Positions 7,857 through 17,722 of a stretch of 58,557 bases of DNA are shown here, piece by piece. Where the stretch lies: the NCBI GenBank assembly GCA_964369625.1, contig CAYJFC010000001.1, positions 1 to 58,557 of the forward strand, written 5' to 3'. The first letter of the stretch is position 1, and every line of letters begins with the position of its first letter. The position numbers were made by a program, and so were the translations under genes. The notes under the pieces were generated by a model. It was given only the letters and a program-made list of their open reading frames with translations, was not told the DNA's origin and did not search any database. This DNA is from an uncultured Muribaculaceae bacterium (GTDB lineage Bacteria; Bacillota_I; Bacilli_A; RF39; UBA660).

Positions 7857-8957
7857 ATGGAATTAAGTAATATTAAACTAACCAATTTCAGAAGTTATGA
7901 AAAATTAAATTTAAATTTTTCAAATAAGTATAATATTATTTATGGAAATAATGGAACGGGTAAGACAAACTTAGTGGAAGCTATATATTTATTAGCATTA
8001 ACAAAATCATTTAGAATAAATGTAGATAAATTGATGATTAAAAAAGGAAGTAAAGATTTAATTGTCGAAGGAAGCATTAAAACAAAATTTAAAACAAAAT
8101 ACAAAGTGCTAATAGATTCTAAAAGTAAAAAAGTAGAAATAGATGATAATAAGCAAGATAAAATAAGTGACTATGTATCTAATATAAATGTTGTTTTATT
8201 TAATCCAGATGATGTTTTTCTAATAAAAGATGCTCCTAGTGAACGAAGAAAATTATTAAATATAGAAATAAGTAAAATGTATAAAGAATATTTGCTACTG
8301 CTTAATAATTATAATAAAATTTTAAAACATCGTAATTCATATTTAAAAGAAATATATATAAATGCTAATGCTTCTAAAGAATATATAGACATATTAACAA
8401 AAAAACTAGTAGAAGTAGGAACTAAAATCCATAATTACAGAAAGAAATTTATAGAAGATATTAACAAATATATTTCGGACATTTATATAAAAATTTTTGA
8501 TTACGGATCACTGAAAGTGAAATATTTATCTGATTTTAACAATAAAACAGAAGAACAAATAATGGAAATGTATAAGAACAACCAATTGAAAGAAATGGAA
8601 AATGGTAAAACAATACATGGTATACATCATGATGATATTATTTTTATGTTAGATAAAAATAAAGTTAAAGAATATGGTAGTGTAGGGCAAATAAAAAATA
8701 GTATTATTTCATTTAAATTAGCAGAAATAGAGTTAATTAAAGAACATAAAAATGACACACCTATACTAATACTGGATGATTTATTTAGTGAATTAGATAA
8801 TCAAAAGGCACAAAATATTTTAAATTTATTAGATAAAGATATACAAACATTTATAACAACAACTAGTGTTGATAATTTCTATCTAAAAAGTTTTGAAAAA
8901 TATAAATTATTTAAAGTAGAAAATGGAACAATTAAGGAGGAAAAAAATGGAAAATAA
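7857..8957 (+). CDS. recF: DNA replication/repair protein RecF
   Basis: Walker [10 protein letters not shown], a signature region, and Walker [12 protein letters not shown]. It occupies the conserved dnaN-recF-gyrB position. Confidence 0.9.
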   Translation: MELSNIKLTNFRSYEKLNLNFSNKYNIIYGNNGTGKTNLVEAIYLLALTKSFRINVDKLMIKKGSKDLIVEGSIKTKFKTKYKVLIDSKSKKVEIDDNKQDKISDYVSNINVVLFNPDDVFLIKDAPSERRKLLNIEISKMYKEYLLLLNNYNKILKHRNSYLKEIYINANASKEYIDILTKKLVEVGTKIHNYRKKFIEDINKYISDIYIKIFDYGSLKVKYLSDFNNKTEEQIMEMYKNNQLKEMENGKTIHGIHHDDIIFMLDKNKVKEYGSVGQIKNSIISFKLAEIELIKEHKNDTPILILDDLFSELDNQKAQNILNLLDKDIQTFITTTSVDNFYLKSFEKYKLFKVENGTIKEEKNGK

Positions 8958-10872
8958 TGTACATTATGGAGATAATGATATTCAGGTTTTAGAAGGATTA
9001 GAAGCAGTTAGAAAAAGACCAGGTATGTATATCGGAACAACAAGTGAAAAAGGATTGCATCATTTAGTATGGGAAATAGTAGATAATGCAGTAGATGAAT
9101 CATTAGCAGGTTATTGTGATGATATTGAAGTTACAATCGAAAAAGGAAATATTATTTCTGTTAAAGATGATGGAAGAGGTATTCCAACAGGAAAAAATGC
9201 TAAAACAGGATTATCTACAGTAGAAACAATATTTACAGTACTTCATGCTGGTGGTAAATTTGGCGGAGAAGGATATAAAGTATCTGGAGGTTTACATGGT
9301 GTAGGAGCATCTGTTGTTAACGCGTTATCAACATGGTTAGAAGTAACTATAAACAGAGAAGGAAAAACATATTTTCAAAGATTTGAAAATGGTGGAAATG
9401 CCGTTGAAGAATTAAAAGTAATAGGAACATATGATGATGATAGATCTGGATCACAAATAAGATTTAAAGCAGATCCTGAGATATTTACAGAAACAACAGT
9501 TTATAAATATGAAATTTTACATAAAAGATTACAAGAGATTGCTTTTTTAAATAAAGGGTTAAGAATAATTTTAACCGACGAAAGAGATGATGAAAAAAAA
9601 GATGTGTTTTTATATGAAGGTGGAATAATTGAATATGTAAATTTATTAAATAAAACAAAAAAACCTTTACATGAAGAAGTTATTTATGTTGAGGGTGAAG
9701 AACAAGGAATTTCGTTAGAAATTGCATTACAATATAATGATAGTTACAATCAAGCTATATATTCTTACACTAATAATATAAATACACATGAAGGTGGAAC
9801 ACATGAAGATGGTGTAAAAAATGCCCTTACTAGAATTATTAACAATTATGCCAAACAAAATAAAATATTAAAAGATAATGAAGACTCTTTACTTGGTGAT
9901 GATTGCCGCGAAGGTATAACTATGGTAGTTTCTTGTAAACATCCTGATCCTCAGTTCGAAGGTCAAACAAAAACAAAACTAGGAAATGCAGAAGTTAGAA
10001 AAATTGCAAGTGACGTTTTTGGTATTGGTTTTGAAAGATTTTTATTAGAAAATCCAAATATTGCTAAACTAGTTATTGAAAAAGCTATGACAGCATCAAG
10101 AGCTAGGATGGCAGCTAAAAAAGCAAGAGAAATAGCAAGAAGAAAAGGTGGACTTGAAATAACAAACCAATGGGGAAAATTAACAGATTGTTCAAGTAAA
10201 GACCCTAGTATATCAGAAATATTTATAGTGGAAGGGGATTCAGCAGGTGGTTCTGCTAAAGGTGGTAGAGATCCTAAAACACAAGCAATACTTCCATTAA
10301 GAGGTAAAATATTAAATGTAGAAAAAGCAAGATTAGACAAAGCTTTAAATAACGAGGAAATAAGAAGTTTAATTACAGCATTTGGAACAGGCATAGGAGA
10401 AGAATTTAATATCGAAAAACTTAGGTATCATAAAATAATTATAATGACAGATGCCGATGTAGATGGATCTCATATTAGAACACTTCTTTTAACGCTATTT
10501 TATCGTATGTTTAGACCTGTTATAGAAGGAGGGTATGTATATATAGCCCAACCACCTTTATATAACATAAAACATGGTAAAACAACACAATATGCACTTA
10601 ATGAAGAAGAAAGAGATGCATATATTGCTACATTACCAGAAAATGTACAAAATAAAGTAGAGGTAGGAAGAAACAAAGGTTTAGGAGAAATGGATGCTCA
10701 TGAACTTTGTGAAACTACAATGAACATAGAAAATAGAATACTTTTAAAAGTTACTATTGAAGATGCAATGCTTGCAGATAAAGTATTTGAAACACTTATG
10801 GGCGAAGAAGTAGAACCTAGAAGAGAATTTATTGAAACAAATGCAAGATATGCAGAGAATATCGATGTGTAG
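8947..10872 (+). CDS. gyrB: DNA gyrase subunit B
   Basis: GHKL ATPase, Toprim (EGDSAGG) and [12 protein letters not shown] motifs. I prefer the ATG at 8947 after AGGAGG; the track ORF starts at 8923. Confidence 0.95.
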   Translation: MENNVHYGDNDIQVLEGLEAVRKRPGMYIGTTSEKGLHHLVWEIVDNAVDESLAGYCDDIEVTIEKGNIISVKDDGRGIPTGKNAKTGLSTVETIFTVLHAGGKFGGEGYKVSGGLHGVGASVVNALSTWLEVTINREGKTYFQRFENGGNAVEELKVIGTYDDDRSGSQIRFKADPEIFTETTVYKYEILHKRLQEIAFLNKGLRIILTDERDDEKKDVFLYEGGIIEYVNLLNKTKKPLHEEVIYVEGEEQGISLEIALQYNDSYNQAIYSYTNNINTHEGGTHEDGVKNALTRIINNYAKQNKILKDNEDSLLGDDCREGITMVVSCKHPDPQFEGQTKTKLGNAEVRKIASDVFGIGFERFLLENPNIAKLVIEKAMTASRARMAAKKAREIARRKGGLEITNQWGKLTDCSSKDPSISEIFIVEGDSAGGSAKGGRDPKTQAILPLRGKILNVEKARLDKALNNEEIRSLITAFGTGIGEEFNIEKLRYHKIIIMTDADVDGSHIRTLLLTLFYRMFRPVIEGGYVYIAQPPLYNIKHGKTTQYALNEEERDAYIATLPENVQNKVEVGRNKGLGEMDAHELCETTMNIENRILLKVTIEDAMLADKVFETLMGEEVEPRREFIETNARYAENIDV

Positions 10873-10883
10873 GAGGTGAAAAT

Positions 10884-13331
10884 ATGGATAAATTAGAACA
10901 ACAAAATATAGTTAATGAAATGGAAAAATCATTTCTTGAATATTCTATGAGTGTAATTATTTCAAGAGCATTACCTGATTTAAGAGATGGTTTAAAACCA
11001 GTTCATAGAAGAATTTTATATGCAATGCATGAAGATGGCTTAACACCAGATAAACAGTTTAGGAAAAGTGCGACAACAGTAGGTAACGTATTAGGTAGAT
11101 ATCATCCACATGGTGATACATCTGTATATGATTCAATGGTAAGAATGGCACAAGATTTTAGTTATAGATATCCTTTAGTTGAAGGTCACGGAAACTTTGG
11201 ATCAATAGATGGAGATGGAGCAGCAGCTTATCGTTACACAGAAGCTAGATTACAAAAATTATCATTAGAGCTTTTAAGAGATATTAGTAAAGATACAGTT
11301 GACTTTGAACCAAATTTTGATAATTTAAGAAAAGAACCTAAAGTTCTTCCTTCAAGATACCCAAATATATTGGTTAATGGTACAATGGGTATTGCTGTTG
11401 GTATGGCTACAAATATACCTCCTCATAATTTAGGAGAAATTATAGATGGATGCGTTGCATATATAGATAATAGAGAAATTGATATTCAAGGATTAATGGA
11501 ACATATAAAAGGTCCGGATTTTCCTACAGCAGCTTCAATTTTAGGTAATTCAGGAATTAGAAAAGCATATGAAACTGGAAAAGGTTCTATTACAATAAGA
11601 GGTAAAGCTGAAATTGAAGAAACTAATACTAGAAGTAGAATAATTATTACTCAGCTACCTTATCAAGTTAATAAAAAAAGTTTTCAAGAAAAAATAGGAC
11701 AATTAGTAAGAGACAAAATTATTGATGGAATATCTGATTTAAATGATGAATCAACACTGAAAAACGGTATAAAAGTAGTAGTTACTTTAAAAAAAGATGC
11801 TAATGCTAATGTAGTATTAAATAATTTATATAAACATACTCAATTACAAACATCATATGGTATTAATTTGTTAATGCTAGATGAGGGGGAACCTAAAACT
11901 TTAAATCTTAAAGAAATTTTAGCAAAATATACAGATTATCAAAAAATAGTAATTATTAGAAGAACTAAATTTGAATTGAATAAAGCAGAAAAAAGAGTTC
12001 ATATATTAGAAGGTTTGAAAATAGCTTTAGATAACATAGATGAGGTTATTAAACTAATAAGAGCAGCAAGCAACGATGAGGAAGCAAAAAACGGTTTAAT
12101 GAGTAAATTTGGATTAACAACAATTCAAGCAGAAGCAATTCTGGAAATGAAGTTAAGAAGACTTACTGGTTTAGAAAAATCTAAAATTGAAGATGAATTA
12201 GCTGAACTTATGAAAGAAATAGATCGTTTAAGAGGAATATTATCAGATGAAGAAAAAGTAATGGCTATTATAAAAGAAGAATTACTTGAAATTAAGCATA
12301 AATATGCTGATGATAGAAGAACAGAAATAGATATGACAGCTATAGAGTTTATAGAAGATGAATCTTTAATACCTGAAGAAAACGTTATTATTATGTTAAC
12401 AAAAGCAGGTTATATTAAAAGAACACTCCCTGGAGAGTTTAAAACTCAAAATAGAGGTGGTGTAGGAATTAAAGGAATGACCACTAATGATGAAGATATT
12501 GTGGAACAATTGATTAATTTATCAACACACGATTACATCTTATTTTTCACAAATAAAGGTAAAGTGTATAGACTTAAAGGTTATGAAATTCCTAGTTTTG
12601 GTAGAACAGCAAAGGGAATACCTGTTGTTAATTTATTACAAGTAGAAAAAGACGAAAAAATTAATTCAGTAATATCTGTTAGTAATACCGAAGAAAGCAA
12701 ATATTTAATGTTTGCTACTAAACATGGTATTGTTAAGAAAACAAGAATAGATGAATTTGACAATATAAGAACAACTGGAAAAATTTCAATTAATTTAAGA
12801 CCTAATGATGAATTAATAAGTGTAAGAAAAACTTCTGGAGAAAATCTTGTATTATTAGGATCAAATGCGGGAAGAATGGTTAAATTTAATGAAAATGAAT
12901 TAAGACCTATGGGGCGTACAGCCTCAGGAGTTAGAGGTATTAATTTAGATTCAGCAGAATGTGTTTGTTCTGAAGTAGTATCTGAAGACAATTTAATTTT
13001 GTTATTAACTGAAAAAGGGTATGGCAAAAAAACTTTTGTAAGTGAGTTTAGACAAACAAAAAGAGGATCAAAAGGTGTAAAAGCATTAAATGTAACAGAA
13101 AAAAATGGACAATTGATTTCTGCTAAGCTTATTAACAATGAAAATGAGCTAGTATTAATGACTAATATAGGATTAACTATAAGAATGCCACTAGATCAAA
13201 TATCAACATTGGGAAGGGTGACACAAGGATTGCGATTGATTAATTTAAAAGAAAATCAGCAAGTATCAAGTGCTGTGTTACTTAATTCACCACAAGAAGA
13301 AGTAAAAACAGAGGAAGAAGCAGCAGAATAG
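10884..13331 (+). CDS. gyrA: DNA gyrase subunit A
   Basis: The QRDR region [10 protein letters not shown] and the catalytic [10 protein letters not shown] motif are present, with C-terminal beta-pinwheel repeats. Confidence 0.95.
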   Translation: MDKLEQQNIVNEMEKSFLEYSMSVIISRALPDLRDGLKPVHRRILYAMHEDGLTPDKQFRKSATTVGNVLGRYHPHGDTSVYDSMVRMAQDFSYRYPLVEGHGNFGSIDGDGAAAYRYTEARLQKLSLELLRDISKDTVDFEPNFDNLRKEPKVLPSRYPNILVNGTMGIAVGMATNIPPHNLGEIIDGCVAYIDNREIDIQGLMEHIKGPDFPTAASILGNSGIRKAYETGKGSITIRGKAEIEETNTRSRIIITQLPYQVNKKSFQEKIGQLVRDKIIDGISDLNDESTLKNGIKVVVTLKKDANANVVLNNLYKHTQLQTSYGINLLMLDEGEPKTLNLKEILAKYTDYQKIVIIRRTKFELNKAEKRVHILEGLKIALDNIDEVIKLIRAASNDEEAKNGLMSKFGLTTIQAEAILEMKLRRLTGLEKSKIEDELAELMKEIDRLRGILSDEEKVMAIIKEELLEIKHKYADDRRTEIDMTAIEFIEDESLIPEENVIIMLTKAGYIKRTLPGEFKTQNRGGVGIKGMTTNDEDIVEQLINLSTHDYILFFTNKGKVYRLKGYEIPSFGRTAKGIPVVNLLQVEKDEKINSVISVSNTEESKYLMFATKHGIVKKTRIDEFDNIRTTGKISINLRPNDELISVRKTSGENLVLLGSNAGRMVKFNENELRPMGRTASGVRGINLDSAECVCSEVVSEDNLILLLTEKGYGKKTFVSEFRQTKRGSKGVKALNVTEKNGQLISAKLINNENELVLMTNIGLTIRMPLDQISTLGRVTQGLRLINLKENQQVSSAVLLNSPQEEVKTEEEAAE

Positions 13332-13350
13332 CTGTTTTTTTTCACGGAAA

Positions 13351-13366
13351 TATTTCCCGGGAAATA
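13351..13366. promoter_or_regulatory. Noc-binding-site (NBS)-type palindrome TATTTCCCGGGAAATA, copy 1
   Basis: Perfect 16-bp palindrome containing ATTTCCCGGGAAAT, the B. subtilis NBS consensus as I recall it. The CCCGGG core stands out in this AT-rich DNA. It overlaps a second palindrome, GGAAATATTTCC (13346-13357). Confidence 0.7.
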
Positions 13367-13383
13367 ATATTATGTAAACCATT

Positions 13384-13399
13384 TATTTCCCGGGAAATA
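13384..13399. promoter_or_regulatory. Noc-binding-site (NBS)-type palindrome TATTTCCCGGGAAATA, copy 2
   Basis: Identical 16-mer, centre-to-centre 33 bp from copy 1. Confidence 0.7.
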
Positions 13400-13421
13400 T
13401 TTTTAGGTATAAAACAACGTT

Positions 13422-13445
13422 AACAACAAACGAATGTTTGTTGTT
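13422..13445. repeat. Inverted repeat AACAACAAAC-gaat-GTTTGTTGTT (10-bp arms)
   Basis: Perfect 10-bp arms at 13422-13431 and 13436-13445 with a 4-nt loop. No T-run follows on either strand. Confidence 0.6.
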
Positions 13446-13476
13446 GGTCATTTATCATTTGTTGAGTGTTTTGTGT

Positions 13477-13513
13477 GAAATTTTAAAATTCGCTAGAGCA
13501 AATTTAAAATTTC
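13477..13513. repeat. Inverted repeat GAAATTTTAAAATT-n10-AATTTAAAATTTC (about 13-bp A/T arms, one bulge)
   Basis: Arms at 13477-13490 and 13501-13513 separated by cgctagagca. No T-run follows. Confidence 0.5.
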
Positions 13514-13529
13514 AAAAACAACATTTGCA

Positions 13530-13545
13530 TGTTCCACGTGGAACA
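13530..13545. promoter_or_regulatory. parS-type palindrome TGTTCCACGTGGAACA, copy 1
   Basis: Perfect 16-bp palindrome (18 bp with the flanking A/T). It fits the ParB/Spo0J parS consensus TGTTNCACGTGAAACA except that it is fully symmetric at position 12. Confidence 0.75.
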
Positions 13546-13565
13546 TTGGATAATAAATTATATAT

Positions 13566-13581
13566 TGTTCCACGTGGAACA
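13566..13581. promoter_or_regulatory. parS-type palindrome TGTTCCACGTGGAACA, copy 2
   Basis: Identical 16-mer, centre-to-centre 36 bp from copy 1. Confidence 0.75.
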
Positions 13582-13593
13582 TAAAAAAAACAC

Positions 13594-13622
13594 TTGCAAA
13601 TGACTACGAAATTTGATATCAT
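13594..13622 (+). promoter_or_regulatory. Candidate sigma-A promoter of the SRP RNA
   Basis: TTGCAA (13594-13599), a 17-nt spacer, then TATCAT (13617-13622) preceded by TG at 13614-13615. Confidence 0.55.
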
Positions 13623-13627
13623 TTATA

Positions 13628-13706
13628 TGTGCAACAAATATATTGTAAACTGGTCAGGATCGGAAGATAGCAGCCACGTCAGTCAATGTTTGTGTGCACA
13701 TTTTTT
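13628..13706 (+). ncRNA. ffs: Signal recognition particle RNA, short (4.5S-like) form
   Basis: GGTCAGGATCGGAAGATAGCAGCC matches the universal SRP domain IV pattern GGUCAGGUCCGGAAGGAAGCAGCC, including the GGAA tetraloop and the AGCA loop. The 5' tgtgcaacaaa pairs with the 3' tttgtgtgcaca to close one long hairpin, and a T-run follows. The neighbourhood (tadA, dnaX) is the same as for B. subtilis scr. Confidence 0.85.
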
Positions 13707-13718
13707 GTGGGAGAAATT

Positions 13719-14132
13719 ATGGATTATATGAAAGTTGCGCTTGAAGAAGCTAAAAAAGCTTTTTTTAAAAAAGAAGTCCCTGTCGGTGCTGTATTGGTTC
13801 AAAATGGAAAAATTATAGCTAAGTCACATAATAATAGAGAAAAAACCAAAAATGTGTTAGGACATGCTGAAATTAATGTGATAACGAAGGGTTCAAAAAA
13901 AATAAAAGTTTGGAAATTAGATGATTGCGATTTATATGTTACTTTGAAACCTTGTAAAATGTGTGAAGAAATAATAAAACAAGCTAGAATTAGAAATGTA
14001 TATTATTTGATAGATAAAAACAAAAACAAAAAAGAATACGACAAAGTTGAATTTGTGAAAAAGGGAATAGAAAAAACTGAAGAAGCGAAATATATGAATT
14101 TGCTTAGTGAATTTTTCAAATTGATGAGATGA
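13719..14132 (+). CDS. tadA: tRNA-specific adenosine deaminase
   Basis: CDA zinc motifs HAEINV and PCKMC are present. The start is moved to the ATG at 13719 (GTGGGAG SD) because the track start at 13686 lies inside the SRP RNA. Confidence 0.85.
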   Translation: MDYMKVALEEAKKAFFKKEVPVGAVLVQNGKIIAKSHNNREKTKNVLGHAEINVITKGSKKIKVWKLDDCDLYVTLKPCKMCEEIIKQARIRNVYYLIDKNKNKKEYDKVEFVKKGIEKTEEAKYMNLLSEFFKLMR

Positions 14133-14148
14133 AATCTAGATAAAGATA

Positions 14149-14157
14149 TGATATAAT
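14149..14157 (+). promoter_or_regulatory. Extended -10 element (TGATATAAT) upstream of dnaX
   Basis: TGnTATAAT lies about 18 nt upstream of the dnaX ATG region. Confidence 0.35.
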
Positions 14158-14174
14158 AATGAGTAGGAGGAAAC

Positions 14175-15731
14175 ATGAGTTATAGAGTGTTATATAGAAA
14201 ATATAGACCAACAGATTTTAAAGATTTAATAGGCCAAGATACTATGGTGAATATATTGCGAAAGAGTGTTGTCAACAATAAAATATCTCATGCATATATA
14301 TTTTCTGGACCAAGAGGTACTGGTAAAACAAGTTCTGCTAAAATTTTTGCTAAAATGGTAAATTGTCTAAATGCCAAAGATGGTAATCCTTGTAATGAAT
14401 GTAATAATTGTATTGGATATGATAATTCAAGCGATATTATCGAAATAGATGCAGCTTCAAATAATGGTGTAGATGAAATAAGAGAAATAACAAATAATAT
14501 AAAGTTAGCACCAAATTCTTTGAAATACAAAGTGTATATAATAGATGAAGTGCATATGTTAAGCCAAAGTGCCTTTAATGCTTTATTATTAACATTAGAA
14601 GAACCACCAAGCCATGTGATATTTATTCTAGCTACAACTAATGTAGAAAGTGTGCCTATAACCATTTTATCTAGATGTCAAAGATTTGATTTTAAAAAAG
14701 TTACTATAGCTAATATAGTAAAAGTGTTGCAAAAAGTAGCCCAACAAGAAAATATAAATATATCATCGGAAGCGATTAATGAAATAGCTTATTTATCAGA
14801 TGGAGGATTGAGAGACAGTTTAAGTTTATTAGATCAGTTGTCCAAGCAAGAAGCGGAAATAACATTGGAATTAGTTACCAAATCTGTAGGTAATGTTTCT
14901 GGTCAAATTGTTAATGAGTTGTTAATGTATATAGAATCAAACAAATGTTCGGAATTGATAGAAGAGTTAAACGAGTTATCATCTAAATCTGTTGATATTA
15001 AGTTGTTAATAAAGTCATTAGTTGATGCTATTTCAAAATCTGTGAAACATATAATTGAAAACGAAAAAGAAAGTTGTCTTTCGTTAACAGATTATAAAAA
15101 TTTAGTATTTGATCTAACAGATTTAATAAATAAAATAAATGTTAGTGTAGATCCCTATGTAATGCTAGAAATAACATTGTTATCTTATATAAAAGCAAAG
15201 CCAACTAAAGAAAAAAATGTTCCAGAAGAAAGCAAGACCATGCCGGTTACAAATAAAAAAACAGTTAAAATCAAAGAAAAACCTATTTTAGTAAAAAATT
15301 ATGACAAATTAATTGAAGTTAGAGTTAATAATTGTTTTGTTAATGCTACAAAGGAAGATAAAATAAAAAATGTTGATAAGTGGGAAGAATTTAGGGAGAT
15401 CGTAATACCTAAATATAAAGGTTTAATACTGGATTTGAATGTAGCCATTGCTTCTGATAATATATTAGTATTAACTTGTGATAGAAAAAATGATATTGAT
15501 GAATTGTATGAAAATATAAAAGAAATAGAAAATTATTACAATGGTCACTTTAAAGAATTAAAAAAATTAGTATTCATTTCTGTAGAAGAATGGCAAAAAT
15601 ATTCAAAAGAGTATATAGAAAATATGAAAAATGGTGTAAAATATAATTATATCGAAGAAAATGTTGATAATGATGAACTTATAAATATTGCAGATAGTAT
15701 ATTTGATAGTTCTAAAATTGAAGAAAGGTAG
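14175..15731 (+). CDS. dnaX: DNA polymerase III subunit gamma/tau
   Basis: Walker A GPRGTGKTS, a zinc module CNECNNC, Walker B IIDEVHML, and SRC (LSRCQRF). Confidence 0.92.
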   Translation: MSYRVLYRKYRPTDFKDLIGQDTMVNILRKSVVNNKISHAYIFSGPRGTGKTSSAKIFAKMVNCLNAKDGNPCNECNNCIGYDNSSDIIEIDAASNNGVDEIREITNNIKLAPNSLKYKVYIIDEVHMLSQSAFNALLLTLEEPPSHVIFILATTNVESVPITILSRCQRFDFKKVTIANIVKVLQKVAQQENINISSEAINEIAYLSDGGLRDSLSLLDQLSKQEAEITLELVTKSVGNVSGQIVNELLMYIESNKCSELIEELNELSSKSVDIKLLIKSLVDAISKSVKHIIENEKESCLSLTDYKNLVFDLTDLINKINVSVDPYVMLEITLLSYIKAKPTKEKNVPEESKTMPVTNKKTVKIKEKPILVKNYDKLIEVRVNNCFVNATKEDKIKNVDKWEEFREIVIPKYKGLILDLNVAIASDNILVLTCDRKNDIDELYENIKEIENYYNGHFKELKKLVFISVEEWQKYSKEYIENMKNGVKYNYIEENVDNDELINIADSIFDSSKIEER

Positions 15732-15739
15732 GAATTATT

Positions 15740-16033
15740 ATGAACATGCAGAGTTTAATGCAACAAGCACAAAAAATGAAAAGAGATTTAGAAAAAAAAC
15801 AAGAAGAATTGAAATCAATGGAATTTACTGGTGAAAGTGAATTTGTGAAAATAACTTTAAAAGGAGATAATTCTATAAAGCAAATACAATTTAAGGTCGA
15901 GTCATTAGATAAAGAAGATATGGAAGCCTTAGAAGATATGATTAAAATAGCTTATAATGATGCAAAAGCAAAATTAGATAAAGAATCCGATAGCAAAATG
16001 GGTGCATACGGAAATATGCCTGGAATGTTTTAA
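15740..16033 (+). CDS. ybaB: YbaB/EbfC family nucleoid-associated protein
   Basis: 97-aa ORF between dnaX and recR with the typical N-terminus (MQQAQKMKRDLEKKQEEL). Confidence 0.85.
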   Translation: MNMQSLMQQAQKMKRDLEKKQEELKSMEFTGESEFVKITLKGDNSIKQIQFKVESLDKEDMEALEDMIKIAYNDAKAKLDKESDSKMGAYGNMPGMF

Positions 16034-16035
16034 TA

Positions 16036-16638
16036 ATGCCAGAGGTTTTACAAAAATTAATAAGTTATTATAAAAAATTACCAGGGGTGGGTGAAAAAAG
16101 TGCAGAAAGATATGCGCTGGCTACTATTGAATACAGCGAAGAGGATATAGCAGAGTTTTCTCAAATAATTATTTCGGCAAAAAAAGAATTAAAAAAATGT
16201 AGTATATGTGGTCATTTAGCTGAAGATGATACTTGCAGCATATGTAAAACAAATACTAGAGATAAAAACTTAATTTGTGTTATTGAAGACTATAAAAGTG
16301 TTATAGCCTTTGAAAAAGCAGGTAATTATAACGGTGTATATCATGTTCTTGGAAAATTAATTAATCCTCTTAATAATGTAAGTCCTGAAGATATAAACTT
16401 ATCATCACTAATTAAAAGAGTAAGAGAATTAGATAGTCCAGAATTAATACTTGCATTAAAATCATCAATTGAAGGTGAAACAACAACATTATATATTAAA
16501 AAAATACTAGAAAAAGATAATGTAACAATTTCTAGACTTTCACACGGACTTCCAAGTGGAGCTGAAATTGATTATTTAGATATAATGACTTTAGATAAAG
16601 CCCTAGAGGATAGAAAAAAAATATCAGAGAATAAATAA
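16036..16638 (+). CDS. recR: Recombination protein RecR
   Basis: HhH N-terminus (LPGVGEKSAERYA), a C4 zinc finger (CSICGH..CSIC) and a Toprim region. Confidence 0.92.
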   Translation: MPEVLQKLISYYKKLPGVGEKSAERYALATIEYSEEDIAEFSQIIISAKKELKKCSICGHLAEDDTCSICKTNTRDKNLICVIEDYKSVIAFEKAGNYNGVYHVLGKLINPLNNVSPEDINLSSLIKRVRELDSPELILALKSSIEGETTTLYIKKILEKDNVTISRLSHGLPSGAEIDYLDIMTLDKALEDRKKISENK

Positions 16639-16671
16639 GACATATATGCATAGTATTTAATAGTGATAAAT

Positions 16672-16860
16672 ATGAAGAAAAAAATACTAAGAATAGCTAG
16701 AGCTTTTATATTATCAATAGCTCTTCTTTATACTTTAAACGTGCTTTTAAGCAACATAAATATATTTGTGCCTATAAATATGTATACTATTCTTATTGGT
16801 GCTGTATTAGGCCCTTTTGGAGTTGTATCGCTAGTTATAATGTCTTATTTAGTTTTGTAG
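16672..16860 (+). CDS. bofA: BofA-family small membrane protein (pro-sigma-K processing inhibitor family)
   Basis: The C-terminal half (NIFVPINMYTILIGAVLGPFGVVSLVI) resembles B. subtilis BofA (GIHVPINLVTTAISGILGIPGIAALVV, from memory). The position after recR matches B. subtilis. I prefer the ATG at 16672 over the GTG at 16663. Confidence 0.65.
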   Translation: MKKKILRIARAFILSIALLYTLNVLLSNINIFVPINMYTILIGAVLGPFGVVSLVIMSYLVL

Positions 16861-16867
16861 GAGAAAA

Positions 16868-17722
16868 ATGAAATTAAATAACATCAATGAATTAATAAGT
16901 TTATATGAAAAGAATAAACTTTCTCATATATATTTGATTGAAACAAACAATCAAAATTTTTGTGTTGAAAATTTGTTACCATTAATCAAAAAATTATGTT
17001 TTACTAATGTTTCAGATGAAGAAAATAAGCACATAAGTAATTTGATTGATCAAAAAACATTTCCTAATTTATATATAATTAGTCCAGATGGAAAAAACAT
17101 AAAAAAAGAACAAATAAAAAATTTAAAAAAATTATGTTCAGTAGCTCCAGTTTTATCAAAAAATCACGTGTACATTATAGAATTTGCTGAAAAATTAAAT
17201 TCTTCATCAGGAAATACATTACTAAAATTTGCAGAAGAACCAGTAGATAATTGTTATGGATTTCTTTTAACTAATAATAAAGATAATGTTATTTCAACAA
17301 TTAAAAGTAGGTGTGAAATAGTTAGTTATAATGATTATAATATAACAATATATGATAAATTAAATATAGATGAGAAAGATTATATAATGCACAAAAACAA
17401 CGTATTAGATTATCTAAAAAAAATAGAAGTAGAAAAAGATGATAAAATATTATATAATAAGCTAAATTTGGATGTTTCCTACAAAGAAAAAGAAAACGCT
17501 ATAATATTTTTTAATATAATGTTAGATATATATAATAATATATTAAAAAATAAAATTAAGAATCTACAAGGAGAATATTTGTTTTTACAGGAATTTTCAA
17601 TTGAAAATATCATGAAGAAAAGAAATATTATAGTAGATATAATAAATAATTTTAATTATAATTTGAACATAGACTTGATTTATGATAAATTTGTTATAGA
17701 AATGGGTGATATTAATGGATAA
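16868..17722 (+). CDS. holB: DNA polymerase III delta-prime subunit (divergent)
   Basis: 284-aa ORF with a degenerate AAA+ N-terminus (SHIYLIE), LLKFAEEP and SRC (KSRCEIV) motifs. It lies directly upstream of ricT, as in Bacillus. Confidence 0.7.
   Translation: MKLNNINELISLYEKNKLSHIYLIETNNQNFCVENLLPLIKKLCFTNVSDEENKHISNLIDQKTFPNLYIISPDGKNIKKEQIKNLKKLCSVAPVLSKNHVYIIEFAEKLNSSSGNTLLKFAEEPVDNCYGFLLTNNKDNVISTIKSRCEIVSYNDYNITIYDKLNIDEKDYIMHKNNVLDYLKKIEVEKDDKILYNKLNLDVSYKEKENAIIFFNIMLDIYNNILKNKIKNLQGEYLFLQEFSIENIMKKRNIIVDIINNFNYNLNIDLIYDKFVIEMGDING

Noticed and set aside
13346-13582. The repeated palindromes as a CRISPR array or a mobile-element terminal repeat.
   Set aside because: Each of two different palindromic units occurs only twice. 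Spacing is irregular, there are no cas or transposase genes, and the sequences match known protein-binding sites (NBS, parS).
13332-13627. An rRNA operon or tRNA genes after gyrA, as in B. subtilis rrnO.
   Set aside because: There is no 16S-like sequence and no cloverleaf-capable GC-rich segment. The only structured RNA signature is the SRP RNA.
13686-13718. The N-terminal extension of tadA (MFVCTFFVGEI).
   Set aside because: It overlaps the 3' half and the terminator T-run of the SRP RNA. The ATG at 13719 has its own SD.
17165-17170. Additional CACGTG cores (17165-17170 and 30850-30855) as extra parS sites.
   Set aside because: The flanks do not match TGTTNCAC/GTGAAACA beyond the core hexamer.
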